Positions 31,020-63,062 of a stretch of 64,000 bases of DNA are shown here, piece after piece. A program made the translations under genes and the position numbers. A model generated the notes under the pieces. The model was not told where the DNA came from and made no database searches. It was given only the letters and a program-made list of their open reading frames with translations. The stretch is from Tubiluchus corallicola (Eukaryota; Animalia; Priapulida), in NCBI GenBank assembly GCA_030141605.1, contig JAQGDQ010000864.1:1-64000 (forward strand). Reading direction: 5' to 3'. Every line of letters begins with the position of its first letter. Within the stretch, counting starts at the first letter, position 1.

Positions 31020-31735
31020 GTAGTAGTCACACCATTTAGCACACTTGTGGTAGTCACACTTACCACTAAGCACACTTGTGGTAGTCACACTTACCACTAA
31101 GAACACTGTGGTAGTCGCATGAACCACTAAGCACACTTGTGGTAGTCACACGTACCACTAAGCACACTTGTGGTAGTCACACGTACCACTAAGCACACTT
31201 GTGATAGTTACACTTTCTACTAAGCACCACACTGTGGTATTCACACTTACCACTAAGCACACTTGTGGTAGTCACACTTACCACTAAGAACACTGTGGTA
31301 GTCGCATGAACCACTAAGCACACTTGTGGTAGTCACACGTACCACTAAGCACACTTGTGGTAGTCGCATGAACCACTAAGCACACTTGTGGTAGTCACAC
31401 GTACCACTAAGCACACTTGTGGTAGTCACACTTTCTACTAAGCACACTTGTGATAGTTACACTTTCTACTAAGCACCACACTGTGATAGTCACACTTACC
31501 ATTAAGCACCACACTGTGGTAGTCACACTTACCACTAAGCACCACACTGTGGTAGTCACACTTACCATTAAGCACCACACTGTGGTAGTCACACTTACCA
31601 CTAAGCACCACACTGTGGTAGTCACATTTACCACTAAGCACACTTGTGATAGTTACACTTACTACTACGCACCACACTGTGGTTGTCACACGTACCACAC
31701 TGTGGTAGTCATGCTTATCACTATGGTAGTCATTA
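31020..31735. repeat. ~29-31-bp minisatellite
   Basis: Unit GTGGTAGTCACACTTACCACTAAGCAC(AC/CACAC)T(T). Confidence 0.95.
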
Positions 31736-31896
31736 CCGCATTGCCTCTGCTTCAACAAACCGTTTCACCAAACACGTATACTGACTCACCACATTAAGCA
31801 CCACTCACCACGCAGGACTGAAGTCCATCCTTCAATCACGCAACTAATTTATCAGCGTGACCATAGTCACACTGATGTATGTAAGCAAAATCAGAA

Positions 31897-31934
31897 TTTT
31901 CTTTCGGACTATTTGTGGGCCCTAAAAAGGGCCC
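31897..31934 (-). other. Histone-mRNA-type 3' stem-loop with a purine-rich downstream element
   Basis: The minus strand reads G-GGCCCT-TTTT-AGGGCC-CACAAA-TAGTCC-GAAAGAAAA. The 16-nt core (31918-31933) fits the metazoan histone stem-loop (6-bp stem GGYYYU/ARRRCC, 4-nt U-rich loop). Confidence 0.5.
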
Positions 31935-34787
31935 GGGGAAAAGGAAAAAGACAAAAACAGCGGTTGAATCCTCTTGATGCACGATGCCATGGGTTAAAAT
32001 ATTCCTCCTTGTGATATGCAGAATGTGACGATTTCATTTCCTGGAGTTAAGACTCGCTCTCTTCATCGTTCTTGGTACTTTCATCAACGTCTTTTCTTGG
32101 CGCAAGCACTCCTTAACTCAATCGGCCATGCAGACGAGCTTCATGACGCACTCGCTAGAGATACCTTCCAGAACTTTCATCTAGCAGCTATACTGCTTCA
32201 GTCTCGATGTGCAAACTGACTTCCTTTCTGCCTCAAATGTACAACAATGCATTCGTCACAACATTAATGTGGTAACATTACACACAGTATTACAGATTGT
32301 ATCTAGACTGTCTAGATCATCATAACTACGAATATCTTATAACAAAAAATTGTCACAACATAGTATAAACAATATATTATCGATAATTACGCCAGCAACA
32401 ATGCATTGACAGGTTCTGGTCTCTCGTTATGGACCCACTTGGTTTCGAACACAGAAAAACACTAGCACTTTTATCGTGTTGAACATATTCTCGGCAAAAA
32501 ATGCCTTGATGAGATCATTACTAAACACGCGCAAGAGAAATGTATCGCTGAAAGTGCCATTTCAAACATCACCGGCTTCCATCCACCGTTTACTTTACGA
32601 AATCTTTTTTTGGCACCCCAAGCCAAAAAGCCTAGAGTAATTTTTTGCTATTTTTTGTGAAATAAAGGGTGGACGTTGACGTGTGTTAAAAATCAATAAT
32701 TGCACTAATTAATGTCAATGATTAAAATCAGAACAGAAGCTGCCATTGCACATAACATGATGCTGATTCTAAATGGAACTAATCACTCTTGTAGAAGAAA
32801 CGTCACTACATATATGGCAGTTATTTGAGAGAACTACTACCAGTTTTTCTACACATCGCTTTATGAGGCTTCGCTTGCATCCATATTCCACCAGAACTCC
32901 CGTGGCAAGAACTCCACTGACGACAATTTACTCAGCGTACGCAAACCGACCAATCAAAGGCGGCTGCACAATATTTATGGCAAAATGTAGATGCATAGCG
33001 AACATTACAGAGGCACAATAAGACATTACATATTAATCGAAATGCAGAATAATCACGAAAAACCGCTTCACAGCAACGATATTTCTAGAGAATAGATTTA
33101 AAACCTACACTGCAAAGCTAAAAAGTTGAAACAAATCGTGTCACTTCTCGCGTAACACTTAGAAAGATGTCAAATTTCCAAAAAAAACATTTTCCGAGCA
33201 TTTAGTTCCATCGCGTTTTGAAAGACATCCTTATTACACGTAGTATTTATGCCATTCCGAGCAATGGTGCACTTTATTTCTCAACAATTAAATATAAAAC
33301 CTGCTTAACCTAACAAACATGCACATTCAAGCTTTACCTTAAGCTCAGTAAAAAAGAAACAAATTTTACGAGAAGCAATGAATTCTGCTCCAAGCGTTGC
33401 ATTCAGAACCTTATAGTTAGACATGAATCCACTAGGATACTCGTTTCGAAGGATTACGAAAACTCAAAAGTTCTACGTGCGCAAGTGTAACATTGTACAG
33501 AAACTACATAATTGACCACGCATAATACGTTTTAAGTAAAATACAAGATGTAAAACATCAAACAAGAAGCATTCGCCGTGTGAATGTGCTGGAGGCCAAA
33601 TTCATAAACAATGTCAGCACATTTTCCCGTTTATGAACAGCTATTACAAAAAAAATCTTATATAAAAGTCCGCAAATCACAGGGAGGGGAACACGAAAAA
33701 ATATACTCTTATTTACAGTATAAAAACTAGCTTTACAAGCGGGCATTGCATCTCAAGAGTAAACGACCTCAACGACACGAACAATAGTAACAAGCAAACA
33801 CGAAAAGGAGTATAATCCTATACAATATGAATCATATACAAAACAAATGTCAAACGGAAAAGACTCTATGCACAGCGCTCTGTGCACTTCATTACACAGC
33901 CGTGTTATTTCTAGCCGATACTATTAGCAAATCATACATACAAAACATGCAAATATATGTACGCGTAATCCGGTCTTAGCTCAGTATCTACTAAAGTCAG
34001 CAACTGACTATATCACTTGCTATCACAGCAATGGCTGAAAAACTATCGTTTAAATGTAAATTTGTTAAGAAATCAAGAAACTAGTCGTGCAACTAGTTGT
34101 AATGGAGGCATCCGCTTGAACAATGACAATAAAAATCAAGTTTCCTTAAACTTTTGGAAAAAATTCAGTACGAGTGGTTATTTTGCTAATATCCAAAGCT
34201 AGAAATATCACTGAGCACATAAGAATCCAATTTGCATGACAACTCAACACAGCACCGTTCTTGAGATGTCACTAAGACTACAGTCATCAATAACATTTAA
34301 TCAAATGTTAAACAAGCATGACAAAACTGCGAAAGCAACATTCACAAAATCAATGATCAAGCAATTTTTTAAATTCAATTCGCAGTACGAAAGTTAGACA
34401 CGGTCAAATACATCAATGAATAACGGCGCGCAAAAAATTCCGAAACTTGTGGGCGTGTCGTGCAAGTTTAACATTTAACCGAAAATCACTACAATCAACA
34501 ATTATTTACCGAGTAAAAATTGACGTGAATTATAACACAGGTGTCAAAAGACCAATATTTCCACATTGCTACGATGGGCGCTTGTAATATCAGCGTTTTG
34601 AGCCCATCTCTGACTAGAAAATTTGGTCCCTTGACTTACACGTTTGATCACCTGGTTAATAAGTATATATACAAAGAATAATACAAATTGTTCTTCAGTT
34701 CTTCTTAACTTAAACTCTTTGGTTTACACCAAACAACTTAACTTCACTCAATATGAAATATACAAACTTATATAGTGCATGTAGAAT

Positions 34788-35192
34788 TCATGCACTGACT
34801 TTGAGCATGTGCTTCAAATGCACTTCAAAGTTAGAAAACTCGTTCGCAGCAGGCCCCGTCTTCGAATCAAATCCAAACCAGTGCTGAGGCGGTTTAGGCA
34901 GTACTGTAGGCGACGGCGGCTCGCTAAACTTTGCGCCCGCGTACGCCTGAGTGGGACTTCCCGCTGCCTTTCTCGTCGGAGAAACCAAGCCCCTGGATGA
35001 AATTGTAACTAGTTGATCCGGAAGGGAAGGCGATTCCCGTGGCTTGAATGTAGGCGAACATCTCGGTTTTGGAGACGTTAAAGCCCTGGGCACCTTACCT
35101 CGATTGGGCTGGTACCTTGCTTTAAGTCGAACAAAGGCCTGCCCGGCCAATAAGTCACCGGATAAGTGACTTTCATCTCCTCCAAACGTCAT
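34788..35192 (-). CDS. PNRC2: Proline-rich nuclear receptor coactivator (PNRC1/PNRC2-like), 134 aa, single coding exon
   Basis: Carries the hallmark YAGAKFSEPPSPTVLPKPPQHW and a C-terminal LKHMLKV resembling the NR-box region. A minus-strand splice acceptor TTTTGCAG ends at 35260 in the 5' UTR. AT-rich 3' UTR-like sequence follows, with AATAAA at 33273-33278. The paralog assignment is approximate. Confidence 0.9.
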   Translation of the reverse strand: MTFGGDESHLSGDLLAGQAFVRLKARYQPNRGKVPRALTSPKPRCSPTFKPRESPSLPDQLVTISSRGLVSPTRKAAGSPTQAYAGAKFSEPPSPTVLPKPPQHWFGFDSKTGPAANEFSNFEVHLKHMLKVSA

Positions 35193-35614
35193 CTCTTGTA
35201 TTAACGGATCTGCTATGGAATGCTTCCGAAAAAAATCTTTTCATCTAAAGATGAAATATCTGCAAAACGGCAAAAAGATGAATAGAAAATTTTTACTAAT
35301 AAGATTTAGTTTTATTTTCTGAAGAAAACAGCTAAGCGGTCACAGTGCCTGCTTGGCACCCAAAATTAAGCAGTGCCAAACGTGGGAGGTGTTATGGTCC
35401 AGTAACACTACAGCCACAAATACGAAACTCAAAGTGCTTTTGAGTGTCTAATCTTGCATTATAGACTTCAGAGTTCAGCATAGGCAGAAATGAAATTGTG
35501 ATTTAAAAAAGTATATGTAAAACAACAATTACAACTTTTATCAGTCCAGCTACACCAGTAAATCAATATATTGACAGGTGACCGATGAGCTGTTGAATTT
35601 TCGTAGCCTCGACA

Positions 35615-36000
35615 AATCACCAAAATGGCGTCAAGGCAAAATGACGCCGTTACAAACATACTGATGCGCACCGATCGAACTGATCTCGCAAAAAATTAAG
35701 CAATACAAAGTATTTTCAATTTTATATAAAAATGTTATATTACCGTTTGAAGCTCAAGACACCTGTCTTCACTATTATTGCCTTGATATTGAGAAAATAT
35801 ATCTTGCATCAGACTTCTTCCACAAAATTTGAAAGAAAAACAAATTTTTCCATCTACACCTTTCTTTGTCACTACAAAGCCCAGCTACTGTTGGCTGATT
35901 CGCTGTTAACCAATGATGTTGTTGGAAAATATCATGTGACTATGAGTCATGCGATGAGGTAATTGCCAAACATTGCGAAATCAACCAATCAGAATATTTT
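35615..36000. promoter_or_regulatory. Possible proximal or alternative PNRC regulatory region
   Basis: YY1-type AAAATGGCG (~35621), CCAAT boxes (~35910 and ~35985) and E-box TCATGTGAC (~35932). Confidence 0.35.
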
Positions 36001-37469
36001 AGGGTTATTCGGTCATGGATGAGAGAGGCAAACGACGAACACCAACGGTTATTTTCGTTATTCGCCCACTGAAATAAATGCATCTTGGAACAACGCATTT
36101 ACGATGTATAATACATACCTGTACTTTGAAATAAATCTTCAGGATGTCTCTCAATGCTGAATTTTAAAATCAAGCTGCTAAATTACTCTTGATTCGGACA
36201 GTATAACACATAGACACGTTAGCCCAATTTGCATATCCCCCATGTGACAAACAGATACATCAGTTTTGCGCAGATATTAGCCTAACTAAACTGAGTATTA
36301 GGTGAAATGTTTAACAGATCTTAATAATTTTTTGCACATAAATAGTAAGTCTTGCATAAATTGCAAAAATATTCAAGTTCTTTTTTACCAATTATTATGC
36401 GAACTATCAAAATTTTTCATCAGCAAAAGTATGTGAAGAACATTAAAATTTATGAAAACACTTAAACAAAAAATATCACAAATTATGAAAGCAATTGAGC
36501 GTTAGAATATTAAACTAAAGTTTAATATTGATTTGAACAATTTAGCAATGGCGATCTCTATGAACAATTTTTCAACAAGTTACTATAGTTCTTTGCACAC
36601 GTTAATATTTTACTTAGTGATACATAATTTATCTAAAAACCTATTTTAATTTCCAGTTTATATTTTTATCTTAAATACGATTTAAAACCTTTAAAATTTG
36701 ATTAAACTCGAATTTGAAAGCCAAAAATTCCATTCTACCCGAATTCAATTTCTGTTAGTGTATGCTTACCCTGTGTGATTATGAATTAAATTCAGGATAT
36801 ATGTGTACGTTATTATAATAAACTACATCAATAACAAACAATAATATTCGATTTGACTTATCGCTAATTTTTGTAATGTTTCAAAGTTATGGTAAAAAAG
36901 TTTCAGAGTTTGTATGTTTCAAAGTTTCTAGGACTTGAAAATTTTAATTTATAGTGACAACAGTGTAGAAACGACTGAAAATGTTAGAGGCGCCATCTAG
37001 TACAATAATTTATGAAGAATTGTCGAATGCGTAAGAATTATACATAATCCTGGTCGATGCGGCGGCAATATTAGTTTTGGTATTACTAGTTGTGCTCAGA
37101 GCAGAATTTAAACTAACATTAATAAAAAACACCACCATAAAGTAAAAAGAACAAACAGTTGCCGTACTGAGCTAGAATTACACTCTGTAGATGTGTATTG
37201 CAATTGTATGGTAAAGGTTTTTCATTATATCGACTACAGATGGCGGCACATGGTTATAATTTTTCCAGCAATGACAAATTTAACTTGCCTTTTTCATAAA
37301 CAACAAGTAAATAAATCATCTTTCTAAATTGAAACGCGCGTTTGTACGATAATATTTACCTACTTGAAAACACTTTAATATTTTCCAGAAGTTGTACTAT
37401 TACCCATCAAGTTGCTGCCAAACCCCTCCCAACCTTGGTTTTTACAACATGCGGGTGAACGTATTTCAA

Positions 37470-37640
37470 GCTTGAATACTCAGCTACAAGCTACAGTGTA
37501 CGCGTACAGAACGCAAAGCCAATACGCGTTGATAGGCAGGCAGACACAGTCGGCAGTCCTTGGCCATTAAATGCACTTGTTGGATTGGCAAGTAAGGCCC
37601 GCAGAGTGGAATCAGACTGGCTATTATTCCGAGCAGGTTT
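37470..37640. promoter_or_regulatory. Candidate bidirectional promoter for PNRC (-) and RNF38/44 (+)
   Basis: A locally GC/CpG-richer island with opposed CCAAT boxes (GCCAAT ~37518, ATTGG ~37584). Outward-facing donors lie on both sides: minus-strand AG|GTAAAT at 37360 and plus-strand CA|GTAAGT at 37839. Confidence 0.5.
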
Positions 37641-37770
37641 TGGGTGATTTTCGTTCAGGGAGTATTGTTGAATTCGGGAGGATGTGGGTCAGCCTTGCAG
37701 TGCTGTGCTTCAACCACTGCTAGACGAGACTTTACGTAGAACCTCTAGTGAAAGGAATCCAGTCAGGATT

Positions 37771-58037
<20,267 letters not shown>

Positions 58038-58380
58038 GCAGCATAGATGGAGCCACACGGCTGGTACGGCATTTTTGCTGCAGAGAGCTCAAGCATTATA
58101 CAGTATATCAAGAGTTAATGGAGTTAGAGAATTTTGTATTCATATCAAAATGAAAAATATACCAAAGATATAGACTCATAATTGGCGCGAGTTCCGCCAC
58201 GGGCCTGATCTATGTGTTAACATGTCAGAGTGTAATAGAAGTTAACTCCACTATAGCTATGAGATAATTATGTTAATATGTGTAAATCTTGTTACTAATA
58301 TGCAGTATGTTCCCTTGCGTAATGCTCTTCTCATACTTGTGCACAGAGATGACATTTCTTGCTACTGTCGTTACCGTATA

Positions 58381-58840
58381 ACAATTACATGGTTTAAGGA
58401 ATTACGTGTATATATGCTACAGCGAACGAGTTACTAGCTTAGCTGAAAACCTGTTAGAGACTCTATATGAATAACAGTTACATGGTTTAAGAAATTACGT
58501 GTATATATGCTACAGCGAACGAGTTACTAGCTTAGCTGAAAACCTGTTAGAGACTCTATATGAATAACAGTTACATGGTTTAAGGAATTACGCGTATACA
58601 TGGTACAGCGAACGCATTACTAGCTAAGCTAAAAACCTGTTAGAGACTCTATATGAATAACAGCTACATGGTTTAAGAAATTACACGTATACATGGTACA
58701 GCGAACGCGTTACTAGCTAACTGAAAACCTATTAGAGACTATATGAATAATAGTTACGTGGTTTAAGGAATTACGCGTGTATATGCTACAGCGAACGAGT
58801 TACTAGCTTAGCTGAAAACCTGTTAGAGACTCTATATGAA
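58381..58840. repeat. 93-bp tandem repeat x5 in the presumed RNF38/44 3' UTR
   Basis: Units containing TTACATGGTTTAAG start at 58381, 58474 and 58567. Confidence 0.93.
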
Positions 58841-59136
58841 AATGTTTAAGCGCACATAAAAAAAACTTCGTATTTTATCAGAGACCGTATTATTTCTTTG
58901 CAAATATCGTGTGACATTTCCACATGTTTTAAGCGGACTAGGTGGTGGTGGGTCTCATAATTCATATTTAACGCCGTACCTTTATGCTCATTTATTCCTA
59001 GATGTGTGATCAATGGAGAATAGCAATCGTGCTGAAATTTATGCAGAAAATTCTGTATGATTCTCTTAAAAACTCGTTCTTTCTTTCACTTAATCTCGCT
59101 ACTTGCGTACCACTGATAGGTACTTACCGATACAAA

Positions 59137-59873
59137 CGGGGCCGGATCATGCTATGGGCTAGTACAGGGGTGTGCAAACTGCGGCCCGCCGAGAGATCTT
59201 GTGCGACCCGCGAAGAGGTATGTCAACGTAATGAAAGTGCGGCCCACGCGATCCAGCTGAAGTCTGCGCCAATATCGCAAAGATAGTGCGGGTAGTTTTT
59301 CCTCTAGATCGGATGGCATTAACCCTTGCAAGACGGTTGTCACTTAATGTCACTGTTGGACACGACGAAATATATGGTTTTTAATATAAATTTTAATAAC
59401 TTCTAAAATAGTTTCTTGAGCATAGTAGTAATGATGTGGATGCAAATCGGATGCAAAAAAAATCGTTATTAGGTCCTACTGTACTTGGCTCCTTGATCAA
59501 ACTGCATGTGGCCCACAGGAATCGCGGGAAAGTTTAATGTGGCCCGGCTAGTCAGATAATTTGCACACCCCTCGGCTAGTATAACCCATCTTGGGGTCCC
59601 TCAAACTTTGGTAAAAAAAAACTGTTTCGGTTGTGTGCTAATTTGGTTTGCAATAAATAATAAAATACCGGTATTTCTTAAACATTGTTTTTATTGACAA
59701 ACGAAAGATAGCTGTTCCAGCTTATTTAAAGTTACTTCAAGCCGTGTAAATGTCACTAAAATATATCGACAGTTAAAAATATTCGGTCGTGGGCGACTTA
59801 GAGGGTGGCTCCATCTGAGGGGGATCGATACTCTCATTGGTCTAGGGACCCCAAAACTCGTAATCCGGCCCTG
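59137..59873. mobile_element. hAT-like MITE family F, interrupted by family E copy 3
   Basis: CGGGGCCGGATCA ... TAATCCGGCCCTG with TSD GATACAAA/GATACATA. Confidence 0.75.
59165..59573 (+). mobile_element. hAT-like MITE family E copy 3
   Basis: CAGGGGTGTGCAAA ... TTTGCACACCCCTC with a perfect TSD GGCTAGTA. Confidence 0.9.
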
Positions 59874-60246
59874 GATACATACATTTTCGTATCAATTTCA
59901 CCCATGTAAAATTGTAACTAGTGAACAAAATTTACAAGCCTGCATTGAATTTTTCCTTTTAGACGTAACTGTATTAAGACAATTCATTCTCGTACTAACT
60001 CTTATTCCTGCATCGATTGTAATGTTATTATTACGCCGTAGACGTGATGTAACTTGTTCTTAACTAACGTAAACGCAGCAAAACCAGACTTACACAAACG
60101 CCTGTTATGAGTTTTAACTGGCGTTTGGTCTGTCTGCAAACTCGAACGTGCTCGAGATCTTCCATTTCTTCAAACGTTTGGAAATTTAACTTTTTAATAG
60201 TCGCCAATGTAAACGTTGCGTAATTGTTGTTAAAGGGAAAGGAGGA

Positions 60247-60430
60247 CAAGTCACTTAGCGCATAGGGTTTATTTTAGTGTCATCACTTAAACTGTTTGTG
60301 GTGTGCTAAAGGAAAGCGCAAGTCACTTAACACATTGGGTTTATTTTAGTGTCATCACTTAAACTGTTTGTGGTGTGCTAAAGGAAAGCACAAGTCACTT
60401 AGCACATTGGGTTTATTTTAGTGTCATCAC
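60247..60430. repeat. 72-bp tandem repeat x2.5
   Basis: CAAGTCACTTA at 60247, 60319 and 60391. Confidence 0.9.
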
Positions 60431-60838
60431 GAGAACTTATCAAAAGTAACAGAGAACTTTGCAAAAAGCTTTACAAAGTATGAAGGCAATTTATTCTATC
60501 ACTGTATGGAAATTTGCGGATGCTGTAATAGCCGCCATTTACTTGTGACGTAAATGGTGGTCTTCGTAACTTTCCGTAAGCACTTCGTAACTTTCCGTAA
60601 GCACATGTTGCTCAAACTAATTCAAACTTCTGCAGCTTTGCGTAATCTTTGTGCAAAAAGAGCTTGTTTTAAAAAAACTTACTGTGCTTTTGACGGAAAT
60701 TTGCAGTGCGCTGTTTTTTCTTCGACCAATGAACGATATCATTAAAAATGGAAGTGCCCAAGCGTGAATCGATCACAACTTTAAGTGATTTTTCTAATCG
60801 CACTTTTATTACTAAATCCTTCTAACATTTTAACTTGC

Positions 60839-60958
60839 GAGAAAGCTTGACTTTTCCTTTAATGCTTCTGAGAAAGCTTGACTTTTCCTTTAATACTTCT
60901 GAGAAAGCTTGACTTTTCCTTTAATACTTCTGAGAAAGCTTGACTTTTCCTTTAATAC
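60839..60958. repeat. 31-bp tandem repeat x4
   Basis: Unit GAGAAAGCTTGACTTTTCCTTTAATACTTCT. Confidence 0.92.
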
Positions 60959-61294
60959 ATCTCTGTTTAAGGAACAAAATCTTCTTTTGTTAATGATGGA
61001 TGGAATAATTCTGCTGATAAAGTGTGAATTTAACCACTAGCTGTCTACTGTCTATGCACTATTACTGTTACATACATGCAGTGCAATATGCGTAACAAGG
61101 TGCTTTGAAATGCTTGAAGTTAGTCAAGGCCTGTATTTCAATGTGTCAAATCATCCTAAACAACAACAGTGAAATTTCATTTTCGTTGCAGTTTTTTTAC
61201 AATTACACTGTGACCACATTCAGAGAAAAATCGCATAATTCCGAAGTTGAAGTGTTCATTTAATTAACAAATCAGCGACATTGCTTTTGAGCAC

Positions 61295-61413
61295 TGGCGG
61301 CTCGTGTATACGTACCGTGGAACTGCAGCACCCCCTATTTTCACTCAATATAATTGGCGGCTCGTGTATACGTACCGTGGAACTGCAGCACCCCCTATCT
61401 TCACTCAGTATAA
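61295..61413. repeat. 60-bp tandem duplication
   Basis: TGGCGGCTCGTGTATACGTACCGTGGAACTGCAGCACCCCCTAT occurs twice. Confidence 0.9.
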
Positions 61414-61481
61414 TCGTTAATATAATCAGTGTTTTCATTTTACTTCTTTCTTTACACTTGTACGGTCCTGATCACGTGAGG

Positions 61482-62317
61482 GTAGTCCTGTTTGCTTCAC
61501 AGCCCCGCACAGTGGTGTGTTTGGCTGTTGTGCGTATGCGGCCAGTGTAGTCCTGTTTGCTTCACAGCCCCGCACAGTGGTGTGTTTGGCTGTTGTGCGT
61601 ATGCGGCCAGTGTAGTCCTGTTTGCTTCACAGCCCCGCACAGTGGTGTGTTTGGCTGTTGTGCACATGCGGCCAGTGTAGTCGTGTGTGCTTCACGGCCC
61701 AGCACAGTGGTGCGTTTGGCTGTTGTGTGCATGCGGCCAGTGTAGTACTGTTTGCTTCACAGCCCCGCACAGTGGTGTGTTTGGCTGTTGTGCACATGCG
61801 GCCAGTGTAGTACTGTTTGCTTCACGGCCCAGCACAGTGGTGTGTTTGGCTGTTGTGCGTATGCTGCCAGTGTAGTCGTGTGTGCTTCACAGCCCCGCAC
61901 AGTGGTGTGTTTGGCTGTTGTACGCATGCGGCTAGTGTAGTCCTGTGTGCTTCACGGCCCATCACAGTGGTGTGTTTGGCTGTTGTGCGTATGCGGCTAG
62001 GGTAGTACTGTTTGCTTCACGGCCCCGCACAGTGGTGCGTTTGGCTGTTGTGCACATACGGCTAGGGTAGTACTGTTTGCTTCACGGCCCAGCACGTGTG
62101 TTTGGCTGTTGTACGCATGCGGCCAGTGTAGTCGTGTGTGTGCTTCACGGCCCAGCACGTGTGTTTGGCTGTTGTACGCATGCGGCCAATGTAGTCGTGT
62201 GTGCTTCACGGCCCAGCACAGTGGTGTGTTTGGCTGTTGTGCGTATGCGGCCAGTGTAGTCGTGTGTGCTTCACGGCCCAGCACAGTGGTGCGTTTGGCT
62301 GTTGTGCGCATGCGGCC
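61482..62317. repeat. 65-bp GC-rich tandem repeat, ~13 copies
   Basis: Unit GTAGTCCTGTTTGCTTCACAGCCCCGCACAGTGGTGTGTTTGGCTGTTGTGCGTATGCGGCCAGT. Confidence 0.96.
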
Positions 62318-62351
62318 ATTTAAGTTCTTATAAGAGTTATAAAATATAAAG

Positions 62352-62567
62352 CAGGGTTCTCACAGAATTTTAAAAAATTCCCTAACCAGATTTTTCATGA
62401 CCAAGATAGCGCCTGCCATAGCAAAATTTTATTCCCAAAAATATGTTTCGAAAAATATCAGTTTGAAGTGATGATTTTTGCAACATTTTCCAATTTGCCT
62501 GAGTTATAGCCCCATTTTCATCATTTTGCTTGTATTTTCAAGGATTTCCTTGAGCGTGGGAACCCTG
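62352..62567. mobile_element. Possible short TIR element
   Basis: CAGGGTTCTCAC ... GTGGGAACCCTG. No convincing TSD. Confidence 0.4.
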
Positions 62568-62989
62568 TGAAAGATTTTTGTGGTCACCGTTAAGATTTGT
62601 AGATGGCGACACTGGTCTTGTAAGCACTGAACAGTGTAGTTGTATGTTGTACAGTGGTAAAATGGGCGATGTCACCATGCGCACATCTCTGAGACAAGAT
62701 GCTGTACTTTAGGCAGAAACAGAACAGCAACGTTGCAGTGTGTGATGTCAGTTGACACGTACTTAGACACGTCCTGTACCGGCATATTCTTGAACTGTGA
62801 CAATTTAACCCATTCGCAAGCAAACAATATTCTTTGTTTAGGATTTTATCAAGTTTATTTATAAATTCTCGTACGTTTGTCTGTTTAAAATTACAACATT
62901 AAAATTGCATATTTTGTTTCGTTTTTTTAGTATTAAAACAACGGCTAAAAATTTTCTGAAACAGCACCCCCCTCCCGTAATTTTAACTA

Positions 62990-63062
62990 CGAGCCGCCAC
63001 TGCTCTTCGGCCATTTTGTGTCGACTAGTTGTGTCGGCCATTTTGTGTCGACTGGTTGTGTA
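62990..63062. promoter_or_regulatory. Possible promoter or first exon of a further gene
   Basis: Duplicated TCGGCCATTTTGTGTCGACT (YY1-type GCCATTTT). A good plus-strand acceptor TTTTCTTCGTGTTTTCAG ends at ~63985. Confidence 0.3.

Noticed and set aside
31890-31940. U7 snRNA on the plus strand, or a rho-independent terminator
   Set aside because: There is no proper U7 Sm site (AAUUUGUCUAG-like), and the hairpin is the histone-type one read antisense. A bacterial terminator is irrelevant in this context.
31990-32180. Histone H4 pseudogene or selenoprotein upstream of the stem-loop (minus strand MKVLEGISSECVMKLVCMAD*VKECLRQEKTL, versus H4 DVVYALKRQGRTL)
   Set aside because: The resemblance is short and weak, contains an in-frame stop, has no other histone-fold sequence and lies ~150 nt from the hairpin. 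No CxxU or SECIS was seen. It cannot be supported without a profile search.
34809-35000. Arg-rich plus-strand ORF (protamine-like)
   Set aside because: It is the antisense shadow of the PNRC coding sequence.
61492-62333. Cys-rich repeated ORFs
   Set aside because: They are translations of the 65-bp array. The unit length is not a multiple of 3 and there is no splice support.
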